Positions 1 through 12,365 of a stretch of DNA of 64,000 bases are shown here, one piece after another. The position numbers and the translations under genes are program-made. Each line of letters starts with the position of its first letter. Within the stretch, counting starts at the first letter, position 1. Origin of the DNA: Fistulifera solaris (taxonomy: Eukaryota); the NCBI GenBank assembly GCA_030295235.1, contig AP026155.1, positions 1 through 64,000 on the forward strand. Reading direction: 5' to 3'. The notes under the pieces are model-generated. The model worked only from the letters and a program-made list of their open reading frames with translations, was not told the DNA's origin and ran no database searches.

Positions 1-380
1 ACCCTAACCCTAACCCTAACTCCTAACCCTAACTCCTAACCCTAACCCTAACCCTAACCCTAACCCCTAACCCTAACCCTAACCCTAACCCTAACCCCTA
101 ACCCTAACCCCAACCCTAACCCCTAACCCTAACCCTAACCCTAACCCTAACCCTAACCCCAACCCCAACCCTAACCCTAACCCTAACCCTAACCCTAACC
201 CTAACCCTCAACCCCAACCCTAACCCTAACCCTAACCCTAACCCTAACCCTAACCCTAACCCTAACCCTAACCCCAACCCCAACCCTAACCCTAACCATA
301 ACCCCAACCATAACCCTAACCCTAACCATAACCCTAACCCTAACCCTAACCATAACCCTAACCCTAACCCTAACCCTAAC
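1..380. repeat. Telomeric repeat array (CCCTAA)n, i.e. TTAGGG on the minus strand, with variant units
   Basis: Continuous CCCTAA units from base 1, with CCCCAA, CCCCTAA, CTCCTAA and proximal CCATAA variants; unique sequence begins at 381. Confidence 0.98.
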
Positions 381-659
381 GATCGCGCCTGAGTATCTCA
401 CTGGTCCGGTCTGTCAGCATGTTGCTGCGCGCACCGAGGGATGGAGCCCTCCGCGCGATAGACCCACCTGGGATGGCTCAGGTCTTTTGCTCTATTAGAG
501 CTGCTGCTCTCCCATCTGGAGTCCATTCTTCTCTTGTGCAACCTGCCACTTGCATTTCTGGCTGCATCATTCTCATTGCATCTTCCCCATTACCCTACAT
601 GTCTCAACAGGCTGGTTTTCGAAGTTCTAGCTTAATTTCTTCCTATAGCTGCTTTTTCC

Positions 660-1063
660 ACCCTAACCCTAACCCTAACAATCCGAGCAAAAATCACGTA
701 GCAAGATGGTCCAAATGTGCAAATATATTTTTACAGGAGCAAAACATTGATAGATACAACAGTTTTTGCAAGTGCTCATTGTTCCTCATTCCTCTAAATT
801 CCCTATCCTTTCCTTCTTATTCTTCCCCTTATTCCCCCTTTTTTCCTAGCTTCACTTCTTCCCTCTATTGGCTGCTTTGATTCCTACTTCCATGTGCATT
901 ACCACTACTCAAATTCCTACTTCCTACTTCTAAGTTACCGCTTCTCTAATTCCTACTTCCTACTTCTACGCTTTCCTTGTTCCAAGTTCCATGTTCCATA
1001 TCCCAATTCCCAAATTCCTAACCCTAAATTCCATATCCAACTTTCCAAATTCCTAACCCTAAC
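660..1063. repeat. Subtelomeric low-complexity C/T-rich region with interstitial telomere units
   Basis: ACCCTAACCCTAACCCTAAC at ~660-679 and CCCTAA units at ~1016-1027 and ~1052-1063; TTCCTACTTCCTACTTCTA occurs twice (~913 and ~950). Confidence 0.7.
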
Positions 1064-1126
1064 GCTTGTTATTCACATTCTGGTAATGACGTGACTAATT
1101 TAGTTATTGCTGTAAGTTGTCTATTT

Positions 1127-2493
1127 TTAGGGTTCGCCTGATAGCTCACGTAAAAGACTTGTGACAGGTTTTGCAAATCGCGATTTGGTTTTTCTCAACT
1201 GCACGGTGAATAGCCATGAGCACTTCCATTCGGTTATCCCAGTATTCGGCCCACAATTGGCTTTATTGTAAAGTACGAGTTGACTGTTACTTCGAGAAAG
1301 TCCCGATGATAGTCAGTCCAATGTACTCGAAACGGTCGAGTGCCATCTGTAATGAGTTTAGGACATGACTTTTCAATTTCTTGCTTGATATCTTTAATCA
1401 ATGACGGTAATTTGTTGACGTCTTGATAGTGAAAACGCAAAACCTGCCGCGACTTGGTTGTAATATACTCGACTCAGATTGCTCACTTTGGATTTGGCTA
1501 AATCACTGTTAGGGACACTGACACTAGCTTCATCCCCAGCTCGCACGAGAGTCTCCATCCACCCTTGTCGCGGTAACGACACCAACAACTCCATTCCCAA
1601 AAGACACGACATCGCCTTCATAGAATCGGGATTGCTACTTGCTAGCATTAGTCCATTGAGTAGTTGTTTCGCTAGATCTTGAAAGGCCAAAGATATGACC
1701 AACGTGGTAGCTGAACCAAATGCCAAAATTCCCGGACGCCGCTACACCCAATTGTACTTTCAACACATCGAGAACTAGGAAGTAAGACAGTCCCCGCAAT
1801 ATCACATCCAGTATCCGATCGAGAACTTTGGCACGCCCGTACAAATTCCCTTTGACGTTCAGTGCTGTGGCAATTGCCCATCGCTTGATAGCACACAATC
1901 GGTTCGCGGCCCATAGCGTGTAAACGATTTCGCATACAGAATGTGCAAGGGCGGTAAGTTGGGTATTCCCATATGCTTCAATCCTACCGTAATCATATCC
2001 ACGCCGTAGACTGAAGTTGCGATTTGGGCTATTTGCGATCCAGCTGTTGCTAAATTGTAAGGCAATTTCTTTTTATGACGCGTTCTAAAGCTGGGTCATC
2101 TTTATTTCGAACACCGATGATCCAATCGAGCCACGGCATCATTCCCCATCCTACAGCTGTCAGTAGGAAGATGTCTCGCCAGTGTACAATACTCAAGGCC
2201 CCATGCACAAAGAGATTTAGATTTTCCAATGTCCACCATTTACTGAAAGCCGCGAATCTACCGGCCAGTGTGGTAGGATGTGCATGTGCAGCTGCGCGCG
2301 CTGGGAGTGCAGTTGACGTGATAGGGATGGTTTTTGCGGCAGCTGGAAAAGAAGAAAGCGATAGCGTCTTCAAATGATGCCTTTGCAATAGCGGAAGGAC
2401 GACAAAGGCGTGTGTTGTCGTCGTAATCGATAAGCAGATTATGGAGAAAATTTGAAGTGATGTGATAGCTTGCTGTTGCTGTTTTGTTCTCAT
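1127..2493 (-). CDS. Mechanosensitive ion channel (MscS family), frameshifted in this assembly
   Basis: ORF fragments 2050-2604, 1859-2065, 1635-1898, 1394-1726 and 1234-1440 join into a paralogue of 3083-4519 (LAFQDLAK, CPKLITDGTRPFRVHWTDY, EYWDNRMEVL). The N-terminus is a hydrophobic signal followed by THAFVV. Confidence 0.8.
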
Positions 2494-3082
2494 TTTCTTG
2501 TTGCTTTTGTAATGCCAATATTCCGTGTGTGATGTGAATTCGTTGATCCTTTGATAGTCAAAGAGGTTGACTAAGCAATGATCAATGTGCTGGTGTTGGC
2601 TCACTTGATCGTTTTTAAACTTGTTTCCAGTACGTAGCGGTTGTTCGCCCTAATAGTTGACGCTTGAGTGAGCCTATTGAGGATCGTTTTGTGAAATAAG
2701 GATTTAATAAAAGAATAATTGTTGCCTACACCTTTTCGAAAGGATGCAAAACGACAAATGGGCGTTGTAGCGAGCGCAACAACCACAAAAAATCCGCGAA
2801 ACAACAGCGCGTCATAGTCGCGGTGATTTCTATCGAAGAAAAAAGGCCAGCAACCTAAACATCGAGAACCGGAGCGACTACAGATCCAGACCCGCAAGCT
2901 CGTCCTGTTTTTCGTTCGAAAGCGAGAAAGATCGTCAAAGCGTTCGTAAGTATTTTTGACCATGGCGCTCATTTCCGTTTCATTCTGTTTGTCAGTCACC
3001 CACAACACTCTATACTAGAATATTCAGTCTTTTCTATGATTCACAGAGGAAAATTCTCCCTGGTTATCGCAAACAGTGTACA

Positions 3083-4519
3083 ATGAAGACAAACAATTGT
3101 AAAGGTATCTCCAGCATGTTTTGTTGGACCATTCTGTTTCTTATTGTTTCATCAACATCGAGAAAGAGCGAAGCGACAAGGTCCGCTTGCGTTTCCGTGC
3201 AAGCTTTCTCTTTGACATTACCACAATTCGCTCATCACGAATATCGTAGAAACAATGAACATGCATTCAGCCATAAATTCAGCCTATCTCAATTATCCCG
3301 ACCTTCATCGCAAAGATTCGCTACTTCTCCTATCGCAACATCAGCGACAACTTCACTGACCACGTCAACTGCGACTCTGTTAACCCGCGATCTCATTTTG
3401 CTGGCTTCCTTTGGGTGGTTTTTGTTACCAGTTGTGCGACAACAAATGAATCGAATGATAGGCCAACACAAAGTACGGCATTTATTCCGATCGAATACAG
3501 GCTTGCAAATATTACAAGCCCTCACGCAGTTGTTTCAAGTTGGAGCAGCTGTTTATGCATGGGATGCATTACAATTAATCTGGAGAGGTCATGCCTGGTT
3601 TCCGCCCAATCTGGTATCATCAGCGGGTCTGACTTGGTGGTGTACGGAGCAAATTGTTCGTCTGCAACATATTTTCCTACTGCAATCGCAAAAGAGTACA
3701 CAACAATTGCGCGGACGACGTCAAGTGGTCGACCGAATCGGGCAAGTCTTTTGGCGGGCACTCGGTATTTATGTGTGGATGGATTCCATGCAGATTCGAT
3801 TGCCGAGCCGGTTCTTGGCACTCAGTGGAACTACTACTTTAGTTTTCACTCTGGCATTTCAGGATCTGGCTAGATCTTTTCTCAGTGGACTATTTATCGC
3901 CAGTAGCAATCGATTTTATGAAGGGGATGGTATCGAAATTGATGGACTTAAAGGAAAAGTCATTCAACAAGGCTTTATGGAAACCATTATCCGCAAAGGA
4001 GATGAAGTCTTGGTCAGCGTCCCGACGATCGATTTGGACAAGAAGCAGCTTGTCAATCGCAGTCGCGTGTATACATCGCAGGTGGAACTGACTTTGCGTG
4101 TGAACTACGATCATGTAGGACAGTTGTCGCAATTTGTACAAGATGTTCAATCCGAAATTAAACAGGCGTGTCCAAAACTGATAACGGATAACACACGCCC
4201 TTTTCGTGTTCACTGGACGGATTATGAAACTGATCATTTGACGGTAGCTATCAACAGCTACTATCGAATTCTTCCAGGATCTGACGAGTACTGGGATAAT
4301 CGTATGGAAGTGTTGAGTGCGGTAAATCGCGCTGCCGAGCGCAATGGAATTCGCTTTGCTCATGCAGCTGCTCTTTTGGGACGTGACGGAGTGAGTCGTC
4401 GTACGGATCAAGGGGACAATACAGCGAGCGAAGATCTTTCCAGACACCAAGAGTTATTGAGATCGGAAGACGTGATCATGGAAAACGAAATCACAACCCC
4501 TGATGACTTTGTGACGTAG
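3083..4519 (+). CDS. Mechanosensitive ion channel (MscS family)
   Basis: TM3-like LSGTTTLVFTLAFQDLARSFLSG, beta domain FYEGDGIEIDGLKGKVIQQGFMETIIR and MscS C-terminal domain; signal peptide-like N-terminus. Confidence 0.88.
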   Translation: MKTNNCKGISSMFCWTILFLIVSSTSRKSEATRSACVSVQAFSLTLPQFAHHEYRRNNEHAFSHKFSLSQLSRPSSQRFATSPIATSATTSLTTSTATLLTRDLILLASFGWFLLPVVRQQMNRMIGQHKVRHLFRSNTGLQILQALTQLFQVGAAVYAWDALQLIWRGHAWFPPNLVSSAGLTWWCTEQIVRLQHIFLLQSQKSTQQLRGRRQVVDRIGQVFWRALGIYVWMDSMQIRLPSRFLALSGTTTLVFTLAFQDLARSFLSGLFIASSNRFYEGDGIEIDGLKGKVIQQGFMETIIRKGDEVLVSVPTIDLDKKQLVNRSRVYTSQVELTLRVNYDHVGQLSQFVQDVQSEIKQACPKLITDNTRPFRVHWTDYETDHLTVAINSYYRILPGSDEYWDNRMEVLSAVNRAAERNGIRFAHAAALLGRDGVSRRTDQGDNTASEDLSRHQELLRSEDVIMENEITTPDDFVT

Positions 4520-4611
4520 AGTATTGAACTCATAAAAACTTATGCTTTGCGGTGTTCCTTTTTTATTTACACTAGGTTGCTAAGCGGGCATCCTTTCATG
4601 CGTCTTAAACG

Positions 4612-5367
4612 CTAAACTAGTAGAAGCAGCAAAGTCCACCAAATCCCAACGACTTGCGCTCGGTATGCACTGGAAGGTGATATAGGTTGAGGTTCACTGG
4701 GTGCTCGATTTAACGGAGTTGTTGCCGTTGGAGTTGCTTCGGGAGGCGGTTTCGCTGCGGGAGTCAACGAAGGCCGAGTGGTGGTTACTGGCTGGTCTCC
4801 ACCGGTCGGATTCACGCTTGAAATGACGCTCACAGTGGAAGGTTGAGGAGTTTGCGGCATACTAGGCGATGACGTCGGAGGACTGGCTGTCGGCTCGTAC
4901 CATGTTGGCCACTCGCTTTTAATACTACTCGGAGCAACGGATGTCGATATACCATTAGGTATCGCGCATCGATCTGGATTACAAGAGCCACTTTTGATAT
5001 TAAACGACCAACCTGACTCGGGTAAAGGAATGTAAGGGGAGTTGGTCGACCAACCCGATCCGTCAAAGTTGTTGTTGTATCTAGGCTGATCGTCGCAATC
5101 ATTGCACGCAGAATCGCGACAGTTTGCTTTAATGAAGAAAACGCGATCGTTTTCACAGACAGCTTGATAATAAGGTCCAGGGCCAGTCGGTCCGGTAGAT
5201 TGTCCTCGGCATTTGCCGTCGGCAGTGATCGTCGTTTGTACAAACGCTGTGTTGAATCGTTCGCATTCGTCTACGTCAAAGAAGCGCATGCTGTAAGAGC
5301 ATCCTTGCTGTGCCGAGGCGATCCGTGAGATGACGAAGAATGCGATGATTATCGTAAGGGATTGCAT
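4612..5367 (-). CDS. Secreted Cys-rich / Pro-Thr-Ser-rich cell-surface protein, possibly GPI-anchored
   Basis: Signal peptide (MQSLTIIIAFFVISRIASA), Cys-rich N-terminal domain, PTS-rich stalk, and terminal hydrophobic tail SSAYRAQVVGIWWTLLLLLV. Confidence 0.75.
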   Translation of the reverse strand: MQSLTIIIAFFVISRIASAQQGCSYSMRFFDVDECERFNTAFVQTTITADGKCRGQSTGPTGPGPYYQAVCENDRVFFIKANCRDSACNDCDDQPRYNNNFDGSGWSTNSPYIPLPESGWSFNIKSGSCNPDRCAIPNGISTSVAPSSIKSEWPTWYEPTASPPTSSPSMPQTPQPSTVSVISSVNPTGGDQPVTTTRPSLTPAAKPPPEATPTATTPLNRAPSEPQPISPSSAYRAQVVGIWWTLLLLLV

Positions 5368-5982
5368 GTTTGAGTTATTCTCTTGGTTGTCTCACAAGCG
5401 GAATTGGCGTCTTTTGTCTACACTTCTTGTTTGAGCGCTAAAAGCGATTATTCTATCGAAGGCAATCTTTTATTGTTCATGGAGAGAGAGAGAGATGTTC
5501 ATGTTCAGCGCGTTTCATGTCGAATTTTTCGAACCATCCACCGACGCCATCCTATCGTCATTTATTTGTCGACCGAAGTCATGAAACGTGTTCGCTCTGT
5601 CACCTAAAGGAAAAACACGTCCAACCGCAAGCAAAAAACGCCTTCACGCACGATCGGCCAGGTTGAGCTGTTGTTGGCATTAGTGATCGAATTTTGTCTC
5701 TTGAGTCCTGAGTACATGTTCAATGCAGGCGCGACGTATAAGCTTGAAATGCACCCGATCGCACTACGAAAAAAGGTGAATTAGAAGAAGAATGAGGAAA
5801 GTGCCGGTTTTAGGTTTTACGAATTTGCTTGTATAAGAAACCTTCCTTTGTGAAAGTGAGCAATCATTGTCCTAGCCATGCATTTCATATAACAAAAAAA
5901 ACATAACAAGACGAATCGTTCGCTTTGCAGTGTTGGTAGTTGCTAACTTAAATTTTCAGAAGTGAGCTGTAGTAACATATAT

Positions 5983-6944
5983 CTAGACTTCTTGAGGAGC
6001 CGCTTCTTTCAGGGGTGCCGGGGCTGTCGTTGTGGTCAACCGAATACCAACAAGACGCTGCTCTGCATCTACCTTGACAACTTCGGCTGTCACACCTGGT
6101 CCAAAGAACGTTTCGTACTTCTTGACACGGCGTTCGTCCGCCCACATCTTGTACGGGGTATCCAACGATTGCCAAACCATGGTGAAGGCCAAGTCAACAC
6201 CATTTTCAGCGACCTCTTCACGCAACTCTCGCAATTGAGGGTACGCTTTACCAGGAACGACGAGGCCAAGCTTTTTTACGGTAGTATCTAGATGCGCTTC
6301 GTCTCCGTAGCGGTGGCGTGTGACGTCCTGCTTAATCTTTCTCATAGTTTCCGTAGCTTTCTTTTCAAACAAGCCCTCCGCTTTAGGTTGCGTAAATGCC
6401 GGCACTGGCTCAATTTCGGCATACTTTAATGCAGACCCCGCCAAGAAGATCGGAATTCCGTATACGAAACCCAAACCACTCATGGACCCTTCATCTTGCG
6501 CCAAATATTCGGCAAACGATGCGATGGTAATGAGCAAACCCAATCCGATGACGGAGTTTCCCAATGAAAATCCACGAATCTCGAAAGGAGGTTCTCCTGC
6601 ATTATTCACACCGGCGCCGCCGATCATGGCTGATTTAGGGGCATTCCAACCGCTATCCTGTGTTGATAAAAAGGGACAACATGAGTTAAAATGAAAGCAC
6701 GGCAAAAGGTGACACAATGTGAGAAATCTCATCGAGCACAATCAACGGTGATGTAAATTCTAAGCGTTCCTCAACTCACCTCCTCAGACATGTGCAATGG
6801 TCTGGTATTACTGTTGTAAGCACGTCTTATCGATTTCTCCTGCGTGAACGAAGTCGTCGACGAAGTAGGGCTGAGGACAAAGGCGCTTGTCGTTGAGTAG
6901 AACAACGCACTTGTAAGGGTTGCAACAAATACTTTCGAATGCAT
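5983..6944 (-). CDS. APE1: DUF2854 thylakoid membrane protein (APE1-like); exons 6944-6780 and 6657-5983
   Basis: GFVYGIPIFLAGSALKYAEIEPV, DVTRHRYGDEAHLD and YETFFGPGV motifs; exon 1 encodes a signal plus TSAFVL plastid-targeting motif; GT-AG intron 6779-6658 keeps the frame. Confidence 0.85.
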
Positions 6945-7271
6945 GATAAATAAAACTACAATTGGTCGATTGAGGAAAGAGGTTGTAGGAAGTAAATAAT
7001 GAAAACAGGAAGTCTCCAATCATGCAACAACAACTTATTTCAGTTGACGCAGACAAAACGAGGCCGCGTTGGAGTTTGAAGTCATCTTGAGAGTTTACGT
7101 CGGAACGAACACATCATCGATCTCGCGTAGCTCGTATCTCGTCCGCGCGTGACGTAGCCACACTCGCTCGTGACTCAAGGCTCCCTGACTAATACAAAAG
7201 AAAGTACGTCCGTCCTTTACACGTTTTGCATTCGGTTGGTTTATCGATCGATCGTTCTCCCAAAAAATTTT

Positions 7272-10200
7272 GGCAGTTGAACCATGCTGGTGGACCTTTT
7301 TGGACCGTACGTCGTCCGATTTACATAGGAAAACGACATGCCAGAGCGACATTGTTATCCAAATACTTTTTGGATCCAGCCAATCAGATGGCTTACATCC
7401 AAAAAGTCGAGCCAATCCAGCCAATCACAAGCGTCCCATCCAGAAGAGACTTTTAGCCGTCTGCTAGTTGTCCGCGTTGAGCAATCGATAGCCTACCGGT
7501 ACTCACTATACAGTAAATCGAGGTTTAACCTTACGCACTCTCAATGTAGCTGGCCAAAAGAATGCATCCGTTCCAATTTTGGGCGCCGATAATTATTTCT
7601 GCAAAAGAATGACATCGGCACAAACGAGAATAACTTCGCCTCATCTTTTCGATTGCAAAGTTATCACACCTAAAAGAATGCCAGGAACATCAAAAAGAGG
7701 TCGGGCCCCGACAAAGTCCAGCGAAGTCGCCGTCAAACAAAAAGAATAGTTTGAAAAAGATGGAGCTCGAAAAAGCAAAGAGAAAAGAGCAAGCTAGTGT
7801 GGATGCCACGTCCGCTGTAATGCACTCTTTTTAGGCATAAAGGTTCCCTAAAAGGCCTCCCTGTAGAAGAAGAAGTCTGTGAAGATGTTGACATGACTGG
7901 CGAAGAACTAGAAAAGCAATTTACTGAGCGTCTTGTGATCGATGATACAAGAGGTCAACCTGGCGGACGTTGACGCCGACGATGATGACGACGACGCTCT
8001 TGGCTTCCGAGGGAAGACGGGGACTATAATGAGGATAGCAATGAGTTGAACGACGGGCGGCATCATGTCAAATTATCTTTCTAAGATTCAGACGAGGCTG
8101 AGAGATGAAACGCGTTGTAACTTCAAAAAGGGAGACGAGAAAATTCCTGATGATCAGAAATGGCTTCTGAAAATGCTTGAGGAGCACCAGTTCTCTCTTC
8201 CGTGGCAGCTTGCTTCAACACTGTGCAACAAGCTTGGGATAAATTGGGCTCCTTCTACGTACTATTGCACTGTACATGTGTGGTTAACAGATGTCCAATT
8301 CAACGAAATGCCACCTTGCGGAGAATGCAAGTCAAATGCCCATGTTGGTCGTCATGCATTTGATTCCAGTTATCCTGGGCGTCGTGATATCTGGCTTAAA
8401 AAAGGACGCAGTACGTTATGACAATGCGGTATTGTTGTTCGAGGTGCAAGAGCGGAGAAAAGTCCTACACGCTTTCAGCGGATACAATCTGAAAAGTTTG
8501 GAATCGATGCCGCTTAGTCGAAAGATTTGCTTCCCGGCTCTCTTAACGCACAAAAGCGGGGTCACTATGGAGCTAGCTCGACTCATTCGCTCACTTGTAT
8601 CGAAAAATGTGCTGTCAATTCTCTTGCTGCAATGATTATGAAATGCACCAGCTTGAGCACAAGCAGCAAATGTTGCTCTATGAGTCGGAGGTAGCAGCTT
8701 CTCGCTTCTACCCGAACAGATGACAATAAAGCACCATTGTTTAGCGACTTCAATGATCGGAAAGGATACAATGGCCGATTGATTACCGGAAATATATTCA
8801 GAGCATCTATCAACGCCTCATTCACTCCTTCCGGAACTGGCTGACGACACGAAGAAGAGGGATTCTGAGATGATTAAGATTGACGCATCTTATAAATTTA
8901 CAAAGCGCTTTGAAACGGGTTGGCGGCAGAAAGTGTTTGATGGTCTAGTCACAGTGATGAATGAATTTAAAGAGATTCGCTCGCATTTTGTAATCTTTGG
9001 AGAGAGCCACGACCAGATGCGCGGCCGCCGCTACAAGCCATGAAGGCAACAATGGATTCAAATGGCCAAGCCGGCCCCAAACTTGCTTTCACTGACAGCC
9101 CCAAGCGAGACGACATGCTTATTTCCGTTTTCGATTCCTTGGCAGTAACTCAAGAGGCTTATAATACCATTGCAGAGGAGGAAAATAAGCAGCTAGGAGA
9201 CAAGTCGGAACCCACTGAGTTGCTCAAGTCAGCATGGCAACGCTCTTCTCACGACCGTCGCTTCCAATCTGTTCGATTGTGCATCATAATTATTCAGTTA
9301 TTGAGGCTGATAAGGACATTACAATGTTTGCAGGAACCGCCATGGATCTGATGAAAGACAGGCAGGCAGAAAAGCGTATCATGGCGCTTTGATCTTGAAT
9401 GGCCGGTCCACTTCAATAACAACGGTCGCATCGAAGGACAGGGAAAAGTTGCGACCATACAATTGTCATATCACACCTGTCAGGGCAACCTGGATAACGA
9501 CATTTGTACTACAGTCATTCGCTCAACAGACGACAACTAAATTGAATGCAACACTTGTGCTGCCTACTGAGCGAAGACTCTATCCGATTTGTGGGTGTGA
9601 ATGTTGCTGGTGATGTGACCAAGCTAAAAAAAGATTTCGCCAACATGAACAATGTGTCTGTAAACAAGATTGACTTGAGGGTCATGGCAAGGCCGTGGTG
9701 TTGTGCCACGGAATGGATCGATAGTCTTGTTGCACTAGTCGAAGCCCAGCTGAAGGAATCGATGGAAAAGGATCAGAGAATGTCCGATTGGTCGGGTCCA
9801 CTACAACCAAAACAGCTGGACTATGCCGCCTTAGATGCAATCAAAAGTCTGCAAGTATACGATTCTCTCGATAAACTGCCAGATTTAACAAGGGAACTTC
9901 AGCGCAAGGAGATTTTAGCTGGAACTAAGGTCACTATTGTTGCAAGTAAGGGCAGTAAGGCATCCATTCCGACGCCCGGTGCAGAGGGGGAGATACTTTC
10001 TCAAAAACAGATCTGGACAGCACCAAAAACATTTACATTCGTTGAAGGTCAAGCAAACCAGGCGGTCAATTTGTACTTGTTCGAATGAAAAGGTTCTGGC
10101 TACCGGGCTTGATAATGGATGGTTATAGGAAAGGCAGGAAAGGTGTCTCGCTGGGAGATTTTGTAAAAACCTTTGCAGATGACGATTTCGTGATGATGGT

Positions 10201-12358
10201 TAATCTTTCACAGTTGGCGCTCTCAGCACCAGCAGCAATCATCGTCCAGCTCATCAGACGCTATCAACCCTAATCCGGTGATCCATACTACAGAGCTCAA
10301 CAAGGTGAACGCGAGTATAGTGAACGCCGACAACTAAAACAGCTACAACGACCGGTTTCGCAGAAGATGATTTGTTTACCCACGATTACATATTTGAACA
10401 CGAGAATGAAGAAGATATCAGCCCTGATCCTGATTCTACGGATGCTTTTGACGACTTCTCAGAACTTACCCCTGCTAAAATCCGAGAAATCGATGATATC
10501 ATAAGGCGCTGCCGGTCGATAAGATGGGCCCTCTTACTGCACAGGACGGAGAAAAATACCTGGATCCGCCGCCTAAATCGATACCGATTTGCTACTCCGC
10601 TGTGCTTGGAGACATTATACACGCAATTATGCGAATAAAGGTTCCAGCAAAGCACGAATGCCGCAAAGCTTACTCTGCTGCGCTTGTACGAGCATTTTTA
10701 GAATGGGATCCTGAACGGTTAAAAGAGGTCAAAGAAGCATTGGTCAAATTAGGTATTTCCGAAAAGGAGATAGAGGCACGATTGTACTACAACATACAGT
10801 GGTTCGCAGCACGTGTTGAGCGACGTAGCCCTTCCTCCGCATCTCCTTTACTGGCGTGTTTGTGCCGCTCTATCATACTTTGGCAACAAAATCGACAGCG
10901 TGTCCAAGAAGCCTCTCTTCGGAAAAAAATGAATGGAACAAGGCCAAAAGTCTGCTCTCCGACATACGGAAAGGATATTTTTCCGACCCACCCGGTGTAT
11001 CATTCTACCGATATAGAGTGGATGGTCGGGGACAAATAATTCGCGACCGGAAAGGATTTGCGCTTCTTACGTGTACCAGAGGAACAAACGATGTCGAGAA
11101 CGAACATAGGAATCTCCTTGGGCCGATCGGAAACTCGCCAGTGGGACTTGAAATGATGGACTGTCTTTTGACCGACATATCGCCTCCGAAGAAACATGAT
11201 TTCAGCCCGAAAGTACCGACTGAACTTTCCAGACATTCGACATTTTGATCCCTGGTTAGTAGACCTAATTACAGATTACGGTAGAAGAGGGGCGAAAGTA
11301 CTATTGTACCCAAACTGGATAAACTCATGTGATCTTGCAGAGACCCCGAACGTTTTGGTTTCGTCGGTCTTCCCAGATCAGAGCTGACCGACGCGAATAA
11401 ATGAACGCTGCAACAATTGAGAACCTTGAGAATTGTGTTATCGAGAAACGCTCTTCGAAAGACATGCAGTATATAGCCAAATGCATTGGAACAAAATTGC
11501 CGTATCAACCTTTTTCGACTGCCGAGGAAATATTGATGTACGCACAACTGCGAATCAATGTAACCGAAAATCAACGAATCAAGCCAGATGACCCAAACTT
11601 TGAGCTAGCTATTTGTCATGCCATTTTACCCCGTGGTCGATGGAATTCGGATTTTTCCAAAGACGCCCCATTTATGTTCGGCAAATGGAAAAGAGATATC
11701 TTGAGAGGAAACGGATAGGCTCAGCCGTGAGAAGTATGTACAGTGCATTGGACGCACTCAGTAGTCTGAATGAAGCCACATCTACCATAGCAATCAACGC
11801 TTTGTCCGCCTCAAACGCACTGCAGAGCGGTGAACATATCGAAAAGGACGACAGCACCCAGATGCGAAAACTCTGCCCTCCTATCTTGCTGCCGGTGACC
11901 AATCTTCGGCGTGAGTGGAAACATGATACAACGGCGTGAATCTGTACCAATCGCACAGAAAAGGCAAAGCCGACCCCCAAAACATGGCCGGAGTGTGGAT
12001 AAGAAACCACGTCAAGGAAGACATTGCAAAACTTGTAAGCGTCCACTTGCCCAATGCCCTGCTGCCGCAGTAAGTAAGTCAGCTAAAAGGGTGTGCACTT
12101 ACATCGAAAACACAGAAGCACAACAAATATAATCATTAATGGCTGCATGTTAAATAAAAATATCATTTCAATTTTCATTGACGTATTCCTAACACTGGCG
12201 GCATTCCAATGATGCAAATCGTGGACTTTACTGAAGGTCCCGTAGGGTCTGCATAGAGACTACTATCTCGGAAAGGGATAAAGCATTTTTGCGTCTAGTG
12301 CTCGCCCGCTCGCGAAGCAATAAAATATCAAATGGTCCACCAGCATGGTTCAACTGCC
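7272..12358 (+). mobile_element. TIR DNA transposon, copy 1 (~5.09 kb), Mutator-like DDE transposase with embedded 3'-5' exonuclease
   Basis: Perfect 25-bp TIRs GGCAGTTGAACCATGCTGGTGGACC (7272-7296) and its reverse complement (12334-12358); flanked by AAAATTTT (7264-7271) and AAATTTT (12359-12365). Confidence 0.92.
7609..12132 (+). CDS. Transposase-exonuclease fusion, copy 1 (multiple frameshifts as assembled)
   Basis: Fragments carry CGECK..CSRC, IKIDASYKFTKRL, AFTDSP, DLEW..VAGD..YAALDA, GDIIH, RGTNDVENEH and a C-terminal CKTC..C..C cluster. Confidence 0.8.
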
Positions 12359-12365
12359 AAATTTT

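Noticed and set aside
116..401. ORFs encoding GL and RV dipeptide repeats
   Set aside because: They are translations of the telomeric repeat, not genes.
419..1094. ORFs 419-880 and 894-1094
   Set aside because: Low-complexity subtelomeric sequence with no protein-like features.
9381..9870. Exonuclease as a host WRN/EXD2 gene
   Set aside because: It lies inside TIR-bounded repeats between transposase catalytic motifs, with no helicase domain.
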